A stretch of DNA of 64,000 nt from a virus (IMGVR_UViG_2974518066_000001:66139-130138), one strand, 5' to 3'. Shown: positions 15,137 through 24,994, counted from the first letter of the stretch. The notes: a model not told the origin generated them from the letters alone. Numbers and translations are program-made.

Positions 15137-15521
15137 GGTCTTCTCCGAAGATCAGGAAGTGATGGCGCTGCAGGCTATGATCAAAGGCCTGCAGCACCTC
15201 AATACCCGTCACTTCACTATGCGGCACATGAAGGTCCTGATGGCGGCCCAGCTCTGCATCAGGATCATGAAAGGTGGCTACCCACGCGCTGTGGATATTG
15301 CCACTTTCGCCCGGCTGGAAGTGCCTGACTTCGAGGCGGAGCTTCGGGAGCTGGTGGAGAAGAAATATCTCCACGAGATCGTTCCGAGCTTTGGGCCTCT
15401 GGTCATGCGCTACAAGATCGGCTCCATGGGAGGGACTTTGCTGCGAAAGATGATGAGAGCAGAGGAGCCGCCTGCCCGCCCTAAATCGAACTTGAAGGTG
15501 GTCAAAGATGGGAAGCCTTGA
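15108..15521 (+). CDS. winged-HTH-like protein
   Basis: IATFARLE..ELRELVEKKYL pattern. Confidence 0.55.
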   Translation: MKRNSSPPIEVFSEDQEVMALQAMIKGLQHLNTRHFTMRHMKVLMAAQLCIRIMKGGYPRAVDIATFARLEVPDFEAELRELVEKKYLHEIVPSFGPLVMRYKIGSMGGTLLRKMMRAEEPPARPKSNLKVVKDGKP

Positions 15522-15672
15522 ACGGAAAATGATGCGGACACGGAAGCTCAAATCACCTGCCGATGGTCCGGGAATGGGGCGCTCCGGGACACCGAAGGCT
15601 CGCATCATCATGAAGTGGAATCCGAAGACGGACCAGATGCAGGAATATCACCTCACCAAGGGGTGGAGATAG
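15508..15672 (+). CDS. small basic protein (YHLTKGWR C-terminus)
   Basis: 54-aa ORF overlapping the previous stop. Confidence 0.55.
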   Translation: MGSLERKMMRTRKLKSPADGPGMGRSGTPKARIIMKWNPKTDQMQEYHLTKGWR

Positions 15673-15814
15673 TAACGGAATCGATACGTCGCAAAACCAG
15701 ACCGGTTTTGTGACTTTAGGTTGCATTTAGACGACCGGGGTGGTAGAATAGGCGCTTCCCACGACGCTTTCTTGCGTCTGCAGATGCTCCCCTCCATCCC
15801 GGACCTAAATCCAC

Positions 15815-16192
15815 ATGTTCCTCGTCTATCTAGCGACGATCTGCAGCGCATTGGCCTTTTTCTCAGGCATCGCGGCGGTCGGATCAGGCCATGATTGGCA
15901 CTTCACCCCGAAGGACATCTGGGACGGCAAGCAAAATGCCGTCCTTTATGTATGGGTGACACTCTCGTCGATCTTCTCGCTGGCACATATGGCGTCGCTT
16001 CTGATCTACGGGTTCCAGTGGAATTGGACTTATGCTCTCCCGGAGAGCGGGCGATGGATGGCAATCCATTCGGGTGTTGGCGTCCTGTTGATGGCCGCAC
16101 ATCTTTTCATCAAGCGCACCCTAGCGGCTGAACAGGGAAATCCTGTCTACGTTTGGGGACCCAAGCGCCGTCGTCGTCGTCTGACGCTGTAA
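15815..16192 (+). CDS. membrane protein
   Basis: three hydrophobic segments, basic tail. Confidence 0.7.
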   Translation: MFLVYLATICSALAFFSGIAAVGSGHDWHFTPKDIWDGKQNAVLYVWVTLSSIFSLAHMASLLIYGFQWNWTYALPESGRWMAIHSGVGVLLMAAHLFIKRTLAAEQGNPVYVWGPKRRRRRLTL

Positions 16193-16200
16193 GGTCCATC

Positions 16201-16560
16201 ATGTCCCCCACCTATCCGCAGTATGCGAATGAAATCTGGATCGGCTTTGCCGGTGCCATGCTTGTCCTCCTCCGCTCCATCCTCGACGGCACCCGCCGCA
16301 CTTGGTATGCTCTTCTCGTCGGCTGCGTCCTCGGCGGTGCCGGTGCCGCCATGGCAGGTCACGTCTTTGCCGAAAGCAAGTGGGTCTACCCGATCTGTGG
16401 CGTCGCGGCAGTGATGACTGAAAACGTGATGCTCGGACTGTTCAAGGCCAGTCAGGAGTTCAGCGAGAAGCCGATCGACGTGTTTAGCCGGGTGTGGCGT
16501 CTGGTGATGCCCACCTTTGGTAAGAATACCGGCAGCGACGATCCGCAGCCGGTCGGTTAA
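16201..16560 (+). CDS. holin-like membrane protein
   Basis: three short TM segments, Gly-rich. Confidence 0.55.
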   Translation: MSPTYPQYANEIWIGFAGAMLVLLRSILDGTRRTWYALLVGCVLGGAGAAMAGHVFAESKWVYPICGVAAVMTENVMLGLFKASQEFSEKPIDVFSRVWRLVMPTFGKNTGSDDPQPVG

Positions 16561-16684
16561 CGGAACATTATCTTACGGTTCGTAAAGGGCTCGGCAGCAA
16601 TGCCGGGCCTTTTTCGTAATTGACAAATCTTCTGGTTCTCTTTACACGCTTGGTCACCGAATTGAGAAGGAGACCGAGCCCTAT

Positions 16685-17347
16685 ATGTCCGAACGCTTCA
16701 CCATAGCTGATCCGCATTTTAGCCATGTCGGGATGATCAAGTTCGCCCGCTCGAATGGCGAGCCTCTGCGCCCGTGGGGCCGCGTCCCCACCGAGGCCGA
16801 GCCCATGAGCGATGAAGAGGCGCAGCAGCGCGTCGAGGCCATGGATCAGGCCTTCGAGGAGCGCTGGAACGCCGTGGTGGGTCCCAAGGACAAGGTGGAG
16901 CTGCTGGGCGACGTGGTGATCAATCGGCGAGGTCTTGCTATCCTCGACCGCCTGAATGGTCGGAAGCGTCTTCGCATGGGGAACCACGACATCTTCCTCA
17001 AGGACTATGGGAAGTATTTCGAGGAAGTCAGCGCCTACAAGGTGATGGACGACCTCATCATGTCCCACATTCCGCTGCACGAAGAGAGCGTAAAGCAGCG
17101 TTGGCTCGCGAACGTCCATGGCCATCTTCACTACGGCCGGGTCATGTTGACGCGAGCGACCGGCGCGATGCGTCGGGTGCCGATCCCCGGAACGGATCGT
17201 ATGAGCTGGCCTTTTCCGGTCACGGAAGAGGTGATTCACCCGCGCTATCTCTGCGTCAGCGCGGAGCACGTCAACTATACTCCGATCTCGATGGACGAGG
17301 TATATGCCCGCATCCGGGCTCAGCAGGTAATGAAGGAGGCAGCATAA
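16685..17347 (+). CDS. metallophosphoesterase
   Basis: DPH, GD, GNHD, SH, HGH motifs. Confidence 0.9.
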   Translation: MSERFTIADPHFSHVGMIKFARSNGEPLRPWGRVPTEAEPMSDEEAQQRVEAMDQAFEERWNAVVGPKDKVELLGDVVINRRGLAILDRLNGRKRLRMGNHDIFLKDYGKYFEEVSAYKVMDDLIMSHIPLHEESVKQRWLANVHGHLHYGRVMLTRATGAMRRVPIPGTDRMSWPFPVTEEVIHPRYLCVSAEHVNYTPISMDEVYARIRAQQVMKEAA

Positions 17348-18117
17348 TGGGGGCCACTGTCCGATACGTCACTCCGGAACTCGTCCGTGCGTTCCGGCTT
17401 CGTCACCTCGGCCCGGCGGGCACGCAGTCTGATCTCGCCGAAGATTTCGGCGTTCAGGCCCGTGCTGTGCGTCATTGGGAAGGGGAGGGCGCGCCGCTCT
17501 ACGTCGGCCTGATGATGGCTTATGCCGAGAAGTATGGCTATCGCCTGCTGGCAGAGCTGGGGCGCAAAGCTGTGAAGGGACAGCTCCCTGCGTTCGATCG
17601 CGACGCGATGAAGATATTCCTGACCTCTCACGACATCACGCAGACCAAATTCACCAAGCTCTTGGGCTTCACCAGCGAGAAGGCTTCCACCAACTGGAAG
17701 ATCGCCGGTGACGCGCCGAACCACGTCAAGATACTGGTGGCGGCGATCGAGCGCTGCGGCATCGATCTCCTCGTCGCTATGAACGGCGGCGTGGAGATCG
17801 CTGGGATGAAGTCTCTGATCGAGGCGAAGGACATGAAGACGGTGGTCGACTCGTTCGACCTCCCGGATGTTTCGGTCGTGGCCGATGTTCCGGCACCGGT
17901 GGCGCTCGACGCCCGGATCGAAACGCTGGACAACCCGGCTGTCGCCAAGGCGCTCCGGTTTCTGTCGGCCCGCGATCGTGACATCGTGATCTCGCGGAAG
18001 TTCTCGGCCGAGCCGCAGTCGCTTGGGGAGCTGGGCGACAAGTATGGGATCACCCGCCAGCGTGTGCAGCAGATCGAGTCCGTCACAATGAAGAAGTTGG
18101 CGTCGGCGCTCGTATGA
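17347..18117 (+). CDS. regulator with two XRE-like HTH units and a C-terminal sigma70 region 4
   Basis: TQSDLAEDFGV..VRHWE; TQTKFTKLLG..TNW; LSARDRDIV..LGELGDKYGITRQRVQQIE. Confidence 0.75.
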   Translation: MGATVRYVTPELVRAFRLRHLGPAGTQSDLAEDFGVQARAVRHWEGEGAPLYVGLMMAYAEKYGYRLLAELGRKAVKGQLPAFDRDAMKIFLTSHDITQTKFTKLLGFTSEKASTNWKIAGDAPNHVKILVAAIERCGIDLLVAMNGGVEIAGMKSLIEAKDMKTVVDSFDLPDVSVVADVPAPVALDARIETLDNPAVAKALRFLSARDRDIVISRKFSAEPQSLGELGDKYGITRQRVQQIESVTMKKLASALV

Positions 18118-18166
18118 TATAGACGGGAGGCGTCTGGAAACGTCTCCCGTTTCCTGATTCGGAAAG

Positions 18167-18200
18167 CCAAGGGCCAGAGGAGCGATCCTCTGGCCCTTGG
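18167..18200. terminator. terminator between convergent gene blocks
   Basis: CCAAGGGCCAGAGGA/TCCTCTGGCCCTTGG inverted repeat. Confidence 0.7.
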
Positions 18201-18210
18201 TGATTCTTGC

Positions 18211-18453
18211 TTAGCCCTGCAGTCTTATCGAAAGCGTCCGCTTCATGATGAAGCGTTGTGCTTGGGGCTCGGGCCAGTCAGCGGTGAGAAGCTGCGACAG
18301 TGACCAATCCCATGGGACATCAAAGATAGCCGCATACTTATTGTCCATGACGCTGTAGGAGCCGTCTCCACCGAGCTGCAGTAGCATCACATGAAGGCGT
18401 CGAGCCGGGCCGTAATGAGGATGGTTCGGGTTGTCGTAGATGCGGTCGCTCAT
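18211..18453 (-). CDS. hypothetical protein
   Basis: translationally coupled ORF. Confidence 0.6.
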   Translation of the reverse strand: MSDRIYDNPNHPHYGPARRLHVMLLQLGGDGSYSVMDNKYAAIFDVPWDWSLSQLLTADWPEPQAQRFIMKRTLSIRLQG

Positions 18454-18731
18454 ACCTCTCCTATCTCGCGCGCCCACATAGCGATCGGAGGAACCAGCGG
18501 AGAGCCGTCAGGACGCTGCAGGAGCATCATCAGGAAGCGGACAGGCTGTCCAGCAGCCATAAGCTCGATTTCCTCCTTGGTGGGCAGAAATTCGGCCATG
18601 AGGGCGAGGCGACCGTCGCTGTCTACGATCCGGTAATCCAGATCGACGCAGTTCTCCATGCCGGGCGGCGCCTTCATCGTGATGAAGCTGTCAGGAGCGT
18701 CCGGGTGGGGCGTGATGTGGCCGAGGTTCAT
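18450..18731 (-). CDS. hypothetical protein
   Basis: ATGA overlaps with both neighbours. Confidence 0.65.
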   Translation of the reverse strand: MNLGHITPHPDAPDSFITMKAPPGMENCVDLDYRIVDSDGRLALMAEFLPTKEEIELMAAGQPVRFLMMLLQRPDGSPLVPPIAMWAREIGEV

Positions 18732-18970
18732 AGCGACTGGATTCCGATATCGTTGACGCGCTTGAGGAAGCGATTGAGGATGTCACCGGCCGCCTGTTCG
18801 ATCTGCGTTGGATCGGACACCTCGATCACGAACTTCGGCGTGACCGGGCGGTATGCGAAGTAGCGAGGCGGCGACTGGCAAAAGCCGATGGTCCACATGT
18901 TGTGGGGCGGTTGGAAGTGATGGAGAGGGACGCCTTCGGGGAGGCGGTCGAGCTTGGTCACGGTGTGCAT
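18728..18970 (-). CDS. hypothetical protein
   Basis: RBS, coupled ORF. Confidence 0.65.
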   Translation of the reverse strand: MHTVTKLDRLPEGVPLHHFQPPHNMWTIGFCQSPPRYFAYRPVTPKFVIEVSDPTQIEQAAGDILNRFLKRVNDIGIQSL

Positions 18971-19176
18971 GTTTTTCCTACTCAGGAAGAAGACGGCGAA
19001 CGTTATCGCGAGCGAACACGGGGTTACTTTCGTTGCCCTCGATGAACGCGCGAACTCGGCTGTCTTGGTCAGCGCTATCCACCTCTTCGAGAGTCATGTG
19101 GAACTTGATCGCTGCTACCCGGAATACGGTATCGTTGAACTCAACGATGTCACCTTCGGAGAAGCGCCGTGGGCTG

Positions 19177-19821
19177 TCAGGATGGCAGTGCATGGGGCAT
19201 GGTTTCCTTCGCAATATCGATCTGGTTGACGGCATCAATGAGGCGGTCAATGCTGTCGGTGTGGTAGAAGTCATTCGTCCGGGCCTTGACGCGAATCTCA
19301 GGGCGAGGATCGATCGGATAAAAGCGGCGACCGTCCACCGCTTCGGCCGCGCAATAATCACGGTTGGAGGAGGTAAGGAGGTAGCTATACGGCTGATGCA
19401 CTTTCGCGCTACTGATAGCCTCAAGTTTCAGGCCGATCTCCATCTCGTTGGCGCACATCATTACGTAATGATCGCTGGCAATGGAGGTGTCGAACTCCGC
19501 AAGGTTTAGACGCCAGCAGATGCCTTCCCATTCCACCAAGTTGTAGGCGTTGCGGTATAAGGCTTCACCGCCATCCCGCGCCCAGACGGTGAGGCTTGCA
19601 GTGCGCCGACGCATCCCTCGGCGTTGGCTGTTTGTCACTTCCTTCTCGCCGATGAAATCGACCAGCGTGTCGAGAGCTACGCCGTGTCCTTCTCCAGCAC
19701 GAAGCCATTCGCCTGTCTGCTGGACGATGAGCGCGATCGTCGCATTGTCCACCTCAGTCTTGAGGTTCGTGATCTCGGCTAGGAGTTTGCGCTTCTGGTT
19801 GCGTCCGAAGCGCTTGCTCAC
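19177..19821 (-). CDS. hypothetical protein
   Basis: MSKRFGRNQKRK N-terminus common in phages. Confidence 0.7.
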   Translation of the reverse strand: MSKRFGRNQKRKLLAEITNLKTEVDNATIALIVQQTGEWLRAGEGHGVALDTLVDFIGEKEVTNSQRRGMRRRTASLTVWARDGGEALYRNAYNLVEWEGICWRLNLAEFDTSIASDHYVMMCANEMEIGLKLEAISSAKVHQPYSYLLTSSNRDYCAAEAVDGRRFYPIDPRPEIRVKARTNDFYHTDSIDRLIDAVNQIDIAKETMPHALPS

Positions 19822-20471
19822 CGCATGATCTCCTGCAGCTTGGCGCGAGCCTTCATTGCATCGGCATGGACAGCGATCATGGCGCGCTCGTAGGCCGGGC
19901 CTACTTGGACGATCTTCTTCTCGGGCGGAAGCGTCGTGTCCAACTCGATCTCCATGCCGCGCATCTGCCAGTTGTGGATTTCCGACTTCTTCATTTCCAG
20001 ATCGAGGTCGAAGTCGGAGTGTGCAAGGATGCGCGCCTCGATGCTCGCATAGTCCGTATCGACGACGCGGTTGGCGGCGGCTTGCTGCTTTAGCCAGTGA
20101 TCGCCTATGAGGCGGTGACGGACATAATCACGGTCAGGTGACCGGAAGCGGCCGGTGGGCGTGGCCCGCCGTGACAGCTCAGTGACAGCCGCCTCAACCA
20201 GTTCCGGGTCGAGTTCCTTGGGCTTGATGTCGTAGGCGACGCGATACATGGCGGCCTTCACGTCGGGCTTGGTGCGACGGACGTAGCCGTTGTCGCGGAG
20301 CCACCGGACGAACCGGTCGTGGATCGATGGATCGATACCATCCGGCCCGGCCGATGGTCGGGAAGGTCCCAGATCAATCTCAGCGCAAAGATTTTTGACA
20401 TGAGAAATGGAGGGAGAGGCGATTCGTTTTTCGTCGGGAGTCAACCCGGAACATTCGGTCTGGTTCATCAC
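19818..20471 (-). CDS. hypothetical protein (start uncertain)
   Basis: ORF with DYASIEARILA segment. Confidence 0.6.
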   Translation of the reverse strand: MMNQTECSGLTPDEKRIASPSISHVKNLCAEIDLGPSRPSAGPDGIDPSIHDRFVRWLRDNGYVRRTKPDVKAAMYRVAYDIKPKELDPELVEAAVTELSRRATPTGRFRSPDRDYVRHRLIGDHWLKQQAAANRVVDTDYASIEARILAHSDFDLDLEMKKSEIHNWQMRGMEIELDTTLPPEKKIVQVGPAYERAMIAVHADAMKARAKLQEIMR

Positions 20472-20680
20472 TAACCCTGAATCGGAAATAGGTCATTATG
20501 ACGTAACTGGCCACTCGCTCAATGTCAATCCAAACTAACTATGGTGTCCAGCAAATGGCCAGCAAATACCGTTCTGTTCGCGCTTAGTTCACGCTTTATC
20601 TCGACGATTTGACAACGCCCCGAAGCGCTGGATTCAGCGCCGGAGCGGTCGTAAGTGCCTGATTTTAGGGGATTAAAAAG

Positions 20681-20727
20681 TGGTGCACCCAGCAGGATTT
20701 GAACCTGCGACCTTTGCCTTCGGAGGG
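20681..20727 (-). mobile_element. attP core: 3' half of tRNA-Arg(CCG)
   Basis: reverse complement CCCTCCGAAGGC..GGTTCAAATCC..CACCA next to the integrase; TG(G/T)CCAGCA arm-type repeats near 20545 and 20820. Confidence 0.85.
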
Positions 20728-20851
20728 TAAATTAGGGGTGATTCATGCCCCGTTTTCACCCTCCTAAAACGCCGGATTCATTGGGTTTTGCGCTACGTTC
20801 TGAAAAATGGCCTAACAAAGTGGCCAGCAGGTGTCCAGCAGGTTTTTCAGG

Positions 20852-22228
20852 TCACTTCTTCTGTTCTGAACCTGCGACCCTTGCCTTGCGAAGGCGGCGG
20901 GCGGTGTTGATCTGGTCCCGACGACGCTGTTTGGCTTCGTCGGTCTGGTTCTCAGTGAGTGATTCGCTGAGGGTGAGACGCTTGGTCGGGTCGTAAGGAA
21001 CGCTCAGCTCCTTGCGCTCAACCCGCACCAGTTTGCCGTTCGGTCCCCTCGCTACGACATAGCGATGGTTCCACTGATCGGCTGCTGCCTGCACGTCATC
21101 CCACAGTTCAATCAGTGCGCTGCGGACAGATGCCATCCGCTTCGGATTATAGTGTCGGTAGGTTCCGGAGGTCCGGTTCTGGGCGACGTGACCAAGGAGA
21201 CGGGACACCTGCATTTCGTCAGCCTCGCGCCACTCCATCTCGGTGGCGACAGTGTGGCGGATCGTTTTCGCCACCACGTCGTCCGACAGGCCCAGCACCT
21301 CCCGCATCGTCAGCCAACGCTTCCGCATGGAGGTGATCGAAGTGCCATCGTCCTCCCGCACCCACAGGCCTTCGTGCCCGGCCAGCAGGTCAGCGAATTG
21401 GGGGATGCACGGGATGATCGGATTCCGCTTTTTGGTGAGCGGGCGCCCCTTCGGGTGCAGGTCGATAAGACCATACTGCATGGTGAACTGGTCGCTTGGG
21501 CACATCAGCATAGCAGCCTCTGGACGGGCGGCGGTCGCCAGCATCAAGAGCACGAAGCGAAGAAGCGGGGGATCAGATCGAGCATACCCGACGATAGAGC
21601 CCAGCTCCTTGAGCGTCAGGACGCGATCCCGGCCGGGCGTCTCCAGCTTGTCCATAATCGTCTTGGGGATCATGGGCACATTCTGTGCGCGCTCTTCCGC
21701 GACAGCGTGATGAAGCGCTGCCGATACCATCCGGAGGTTCTTCTTGATGGTGGCGTCGTTGCAGCCCTTGGAGCTGATGTTGTAGGTCTTGCCCTTCCAC
21801 GTCAGCGAGTAGCTGTGAGGCGCACGCATCCACGCCACGAAGCGTCGAAACACGGCGGGCTTTAGCTCGGCAAACGAGCACGCCATCGTGACCTCATCCT
21901 CCCGCAGGAATGCGATGAAGTTTCGCAGGTAGGTGGCGATGCTGTTCGAGCTGATCGCCTTGCTACCGTGCTCGTCCCAATAGAGTATGATCTGCGCCAC
22001 GACAGCGACCTTGCTGTCGTCGCTCTGCGGCTGCTTGGAACGGATTTCCTCGACGTGAGCGAGGATAACCTGCTTGGCGTCGTCTACATCGCTGCAACGA
22101 GTGCTTCTAAAGCGGATGCTTCTGGAGTCGTCGTAGCTCGCGATTTGCCAGATCGTCGGCGACTTGCCGTCGCGCCTTTTGTCGAGCCAGAAGTCCCCGA
22201 CGATAAACGGGCTGTCTTCTCTTGCCAT
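20852..22228 (-). CDS. int: tyrosine integrase
   Basis: R (ARPEA), K, xxRH (TIRH), LLGH, Y catalytic pattern. Confidence 0.92.
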   Translation of the reverse strand: MAREDSPFIVGDFWLDKRRDGKSPTIWQIASYDDSRSIRFRSTRCSDVDDAKQVILAHVEEIRSKQPQSDDSKVAVVAQIILYWDEHGSKAISSNSIATYLRNFIAFLREDEVTMACSFAELKPAVFRRFVAWMRAPHSYSLTWKGKTYNISSKGCNDATIKKNLRMVSAALHHAVAEERAQNVPMIPKTIMDKLETPGRDRVLTLKELGSIVGYARSDPPLLRFVLLMLATAARPEAAMLMCPSDQFTMQYGLIDLHPKGRPLTKKRNPIIPCIPQFADLLAGHEGLWVREDDGTSITSMRKRWLTMREVLGLSDDVVAKTIRHTVATEMEWREADEMQVSRLLGHVAQNRTSGTYRHYNPKRMASVRSALIELWDDVQAAADQWNHRYVVARGPNGKLVRVERKELSVPYDPTKRLTLSESLTENQTDEAKQRRRDQINTARRLRKARVAGSEQKK

Positions 22229-22380
22229 TTTTGCTTCAACTCCTCATTCACGCGAGCACCCAGCAGCTCCAAAAAGCCCAGCTCCGCGATCAGTGCGACC
22301 TCCTCAGAGGTGAGGCGGGTGCCCTCGCTATTGCGGAGGGATCGGCGGAGCTTTCGTTCGAGTTTCACGGGCGTGGTCAT
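22084..22380 (-). CDS. small protein overlapping the integrase start (possible excisionase/regulator)
   Basis: own TTGACT promoter immediately upstream; overlaps int. Confidence 0.5.
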   Translation of the reverse strand: MTTPVKLERKLRRSLRNSEGTRLTSEEVALIAELGFLELLGARVNEELKQKWQEKTARLSSGTSGSTKGATASRRRSGKSRATTTPEASALEALVAAM

Positions 22381-22417
22381 GCGGTGAGGGTTATTCAAAC
22401 TAACCCCCAAAGTCAAG

Positions 22418-22909
22418 TCACGATGCACTTTCTTCCTGTTGCGCCAGACCCGCGAGAACCAGCATCCCGAGGCCGCGATCAACCGCCGTCGTGCCGCCAC
22501 CCCACGACGTGGCGCGCTTGGCGAACTGGTTCCAGCCACGAGGCCCGGCCGTCTCATGGAGACGCGAGATCGCGGCTTCGAGAGCGAGGAACAGGTCGTT
22601 ACCCTGCAGCTCAAGGATGCGTTCCGTGATGGAGCCGCTAGGGGCGGCTAGGGGCGCCGGTGGGGGAGGCGGAGAGGGTTCCGGGGCAGTGATGGGCTGG
22701 ACAGTCTCCACAGCGCTCTCAGGGGCCGTCTCAGCCGCCCGGCGCTCCATCTCCGCATACCATGCCGCCCACTCTTCGTTCAGCCACGCGATGAGGCCGG
22801 GCTTATCGGTGGGCACCTCGATCGCCTCGAAGTCAGACCCGCCCTGTGCTTCCTTTGCGTCGGCCTGTGTGCCGGTCCAAGTGCGGGCGTTCGAGAGATA
22901 GAGCTTCAA
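22418..22909 (-). CDS. hypothetical protein
   Basis: AAGGA RBS, Pro-rich linker. Confidence 0.7.
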   Translation of the reverse strand: MKLYLSNARTWTGTQADAKEAQGGSDFEAIEVPTDKPGLIAWLNEEWAAWYAEMERRAAETAPESAVETVQPITAPEPSPPPPPAPLAAPSGSITERILELQGNDLFLALEAAISRLHETAGPRGWNQFAKRATSWGGGTTAVDRGLGMLVLAGLAQQEESAS

Positions 22910-22946
22910 TCCAAGTTCCTTTTCTTTGAGCTAGTTTCGATGAAAA

Positions 22947-23234
22947 TCAGGCGGCGTGTTCGCCGCCGTAAAAGGCGATGTCTTCGGCCGTCTGCGGGCG
23001 GCAGCGCGGGCAAGTCGCATCCTTGCACTCATGGATTTCCCGACGAACCCAATTCAGGGCGCTCGTGGCGGTCTCGCCGTTGTCCCTGTAAAAGCCCTTG
23101 GAGTATCCGTCGCCGCATCGGCCGTAGCGGTTCCAACCCTTGACCAGATAGACCCAGAGAGTGTCACCGCCGTCTTGCACTGTGACACTCTCGACGCGCT
23201 TGTGGTTGCGGATCAGTTCGATCGTCTTGCTCAC
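22947..23234 (-). CDS. hypothetical protein
   Basis: GGGAGG RBS, upstream promoter. Confidence 0.7.
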   Translation of the reverse strand: MSKTIELIRNHKRVESVTVQDGGDTLWVYLVKGWNRYGRCGDGYSKGFYRDNGETATSALNWVRREIHECKDATCPRCRPQTAEDIAFYGGEHAA

Positions 23235-23304
23235 TTGAAGCCTCCCGTGGTTGTGAGATTGCGATAGGTCGTATCTACCGGTTTGTCAATAACCTATGCG
23301 CTTC

Positions 23305-24210
23305 TTACCAACCCATCCGGCCAGCGCAGATCGGACCAATACCGTCGTCGATCGACGCATGGTTGGTCAGCCCGCGACCGCAGACGGAACACGCGCCTTC
23401 ACGCTTGCCGTAGGCGATGGCGGCGGCGCGCGGATCGGCGGCGGCGTCGAGGATACGCTGCTCATACTCATCCGTGCATTCGCGCGCCCGGAAGAACTTA
23501 CCACCCTCGATCTTGCCCATATAGGCGTCTTCGTCCTCGCCCTTGAGGCGGACATAGATCAGCCCCTTCTCGGGCTTGTAGGCGAATTTGAAGAGATCGA
23601 GGCGCAGGAGCGGGCGCTTGACCTGATTTGCCATGGCGGTCTCGAAAGCCTCCATGATCTTCGACAGATCGATCGCCTTGGCCAGCTCGACCGACTTGGC
23701 CTTTGCCTCGGCGCGCTGCTTGTCCTCCGCCATGAAACGGCGGATCAACGCGACCTTGCCTTCGGTCAGGGAGCCCCACTTGGCGAGGTCGAAGAGGAGG
23801 TTGGCGGCAATTTGGAAGCCGCGAGAGCCAGCGGCGGTCAGCCACTCATACTCTTCCTTGTTTTCGGCAATCCACGCCTCGATCTTCGCGACCTGTCGAT
23901 TTGCCTTGGACTGGCGGGCGGCAGCTCGCTTCTCAGCCGACTGTTTGTAGCCGATCCTGCCCTCGCCCTTGCACTTGAAGCAGTCGCCGACGACGCGGCC
24001 GGTGTAGCTGCGGAACACCTTGGAGCCTCGGCAGGCCGGGCAGGTGTCGTAGTGCAAAGCATCCTCGACCGAAGTGGGGAGAGGAGCCATCGGCGCGGCG
24101 CGCTGCTCTGCGGTGGGGGCTTCGCGGCCGAACGCGGCCCAGAAGCTGTCCGAGCTGTCGTCCAGTTCGTCGTTGATCACGTTATGGTTGCAGTTGGAAG
24201 CATCGCACAT
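23305..24210 (-). CDS. DUF6011-like Zn-finger protein
   Basis: CxxCxG repeats; CSVCGRGLT..SI..GIGPIC C-terminus. Confidence 0.8.
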   Translation of the reverse strand: MCDASNCNHNVINDELDDSSDSFWAAFGREAPTAEQRAAPMAPLPTSVEDALHYDTCPACRGSKVFRSYTGRVVGDCFKCKGEGRIGYKQSAEKRAAARQSKANRQVAKIEAWIAENKEEYEWLTAAGSRGFQIAANLLFDLAKWGSLTEGKVALIRRFMAEDKQRAEAKAKSVELAKAIDLSKIMEAFETAMANQVKRPLLRLDLFKFAYKPEKGLIYVRLKGEDEDAYMGKIEGGKFFRARECTDEYEQRILDAAADPRAAAIAYGKREGACSVCGRGLTNHASIDDGIGPICAGRMGW

Positions 24211-24265
24211 AGTTTGTCTCCTGATTCGGTGATGTATCGATAGGGCGATTCTTCCGGTCTGTCAA

Positions 24266-24529
24266 TCAGTCCGGATCATCGAAGTCATACCAGCGGCGTC
24301 GTGTGCCGTCGCTGTTGAACGCGCCCTTTGCGTCCATGTCCTTCATCCGCTCGCGCCGCTCATGTTCGTCCCGGCGGCGCTCCCACCGGCGTTCAGCGCG
24401 TCGTTCGGCGGCGGGGTCGTATCGCTGGTGACCGGGGCGGTCTGGCGCCGCATGGACGGGGATGTTGACGGCGAACACGGCGGCGGTGAGGAAAGCCGTC
24501 CATGCGGCTATCTTGATCCGGCGGCGCAT
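24266..24529 (-). CDS. small secreted protein
   Basis: signal-peptide-like N-terminus, coupled to upstream gene. Confidence 0.55.
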   Translation of the reverse strand: MRRRIKIAAWTAFLTAAVFAVNIPVHAAPDRPGHQRYDPAAERRAERRWERRRDEHERRERMKDMDAKGAFNSDGTRRRWYDFDDPD

Positions 24530-24873
24530 CAGTAGTTCGGCTCCTCGGGGATGTTTTCGAGATAGTCGATATGCTCCTGCAGCTCGTCGTCGGTGATGGC
24601 ATCCACGTCCACCAGCTCGCCGCTGACGCCTTCGATCTCGTCGATCCATTCTCGGGTCGCGTCTCCACGTTCTCCTTCCTGCCACTTTTCCGACTTGTCG
24701 TTGAACTCGTCGTTGAAGTGACCGGCGACCGTGTTGTCGATGAAGTCGCGAGCGTCTTCGAGGGACTTGTTGTAGTTCTCGATCGCGGCGATGATGGCGT
24801 CCTTCTTGTCCTGCAGGTCCGAGATGATCTCGGCCCGGCGGGTGATCATTGCTTTGTTCAGCTTGAAAGCCAT
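24529..24873 (-). CDS. acidic phage protein (KSEKWQEGERG motif)
   Basis: RBS, promoter repeat upstream. Confidence 0.75.
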   Translation of the reverse strand: MAFKLNKAMITRRAEIISDLQDKKDAIIAAIENYNKSLEDARDFIDNTVAGHFNDEFNDKSEKWQEGERGDATREWIDEIEGVSGELVDVDAITDDELQEHIDYLENIPEEPNY

Positions 24874-24994
24874 GTGATTCGTCTCCCGTTGTTCGTGATT
24901 AGGGATTGATAGGACGATTCTTCCGGTATGTCAAATGCAATGCGCAAGAAAAAGCCCGGCGCTTGGCCGGGCTAGGTGACGGCCGGGTAGCCTA

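Noticed and set aside
20681-20727. Functional tRNA-Arg gene
   Set aside because: Only the 3' half is present, next to an integrase, so it is called attP
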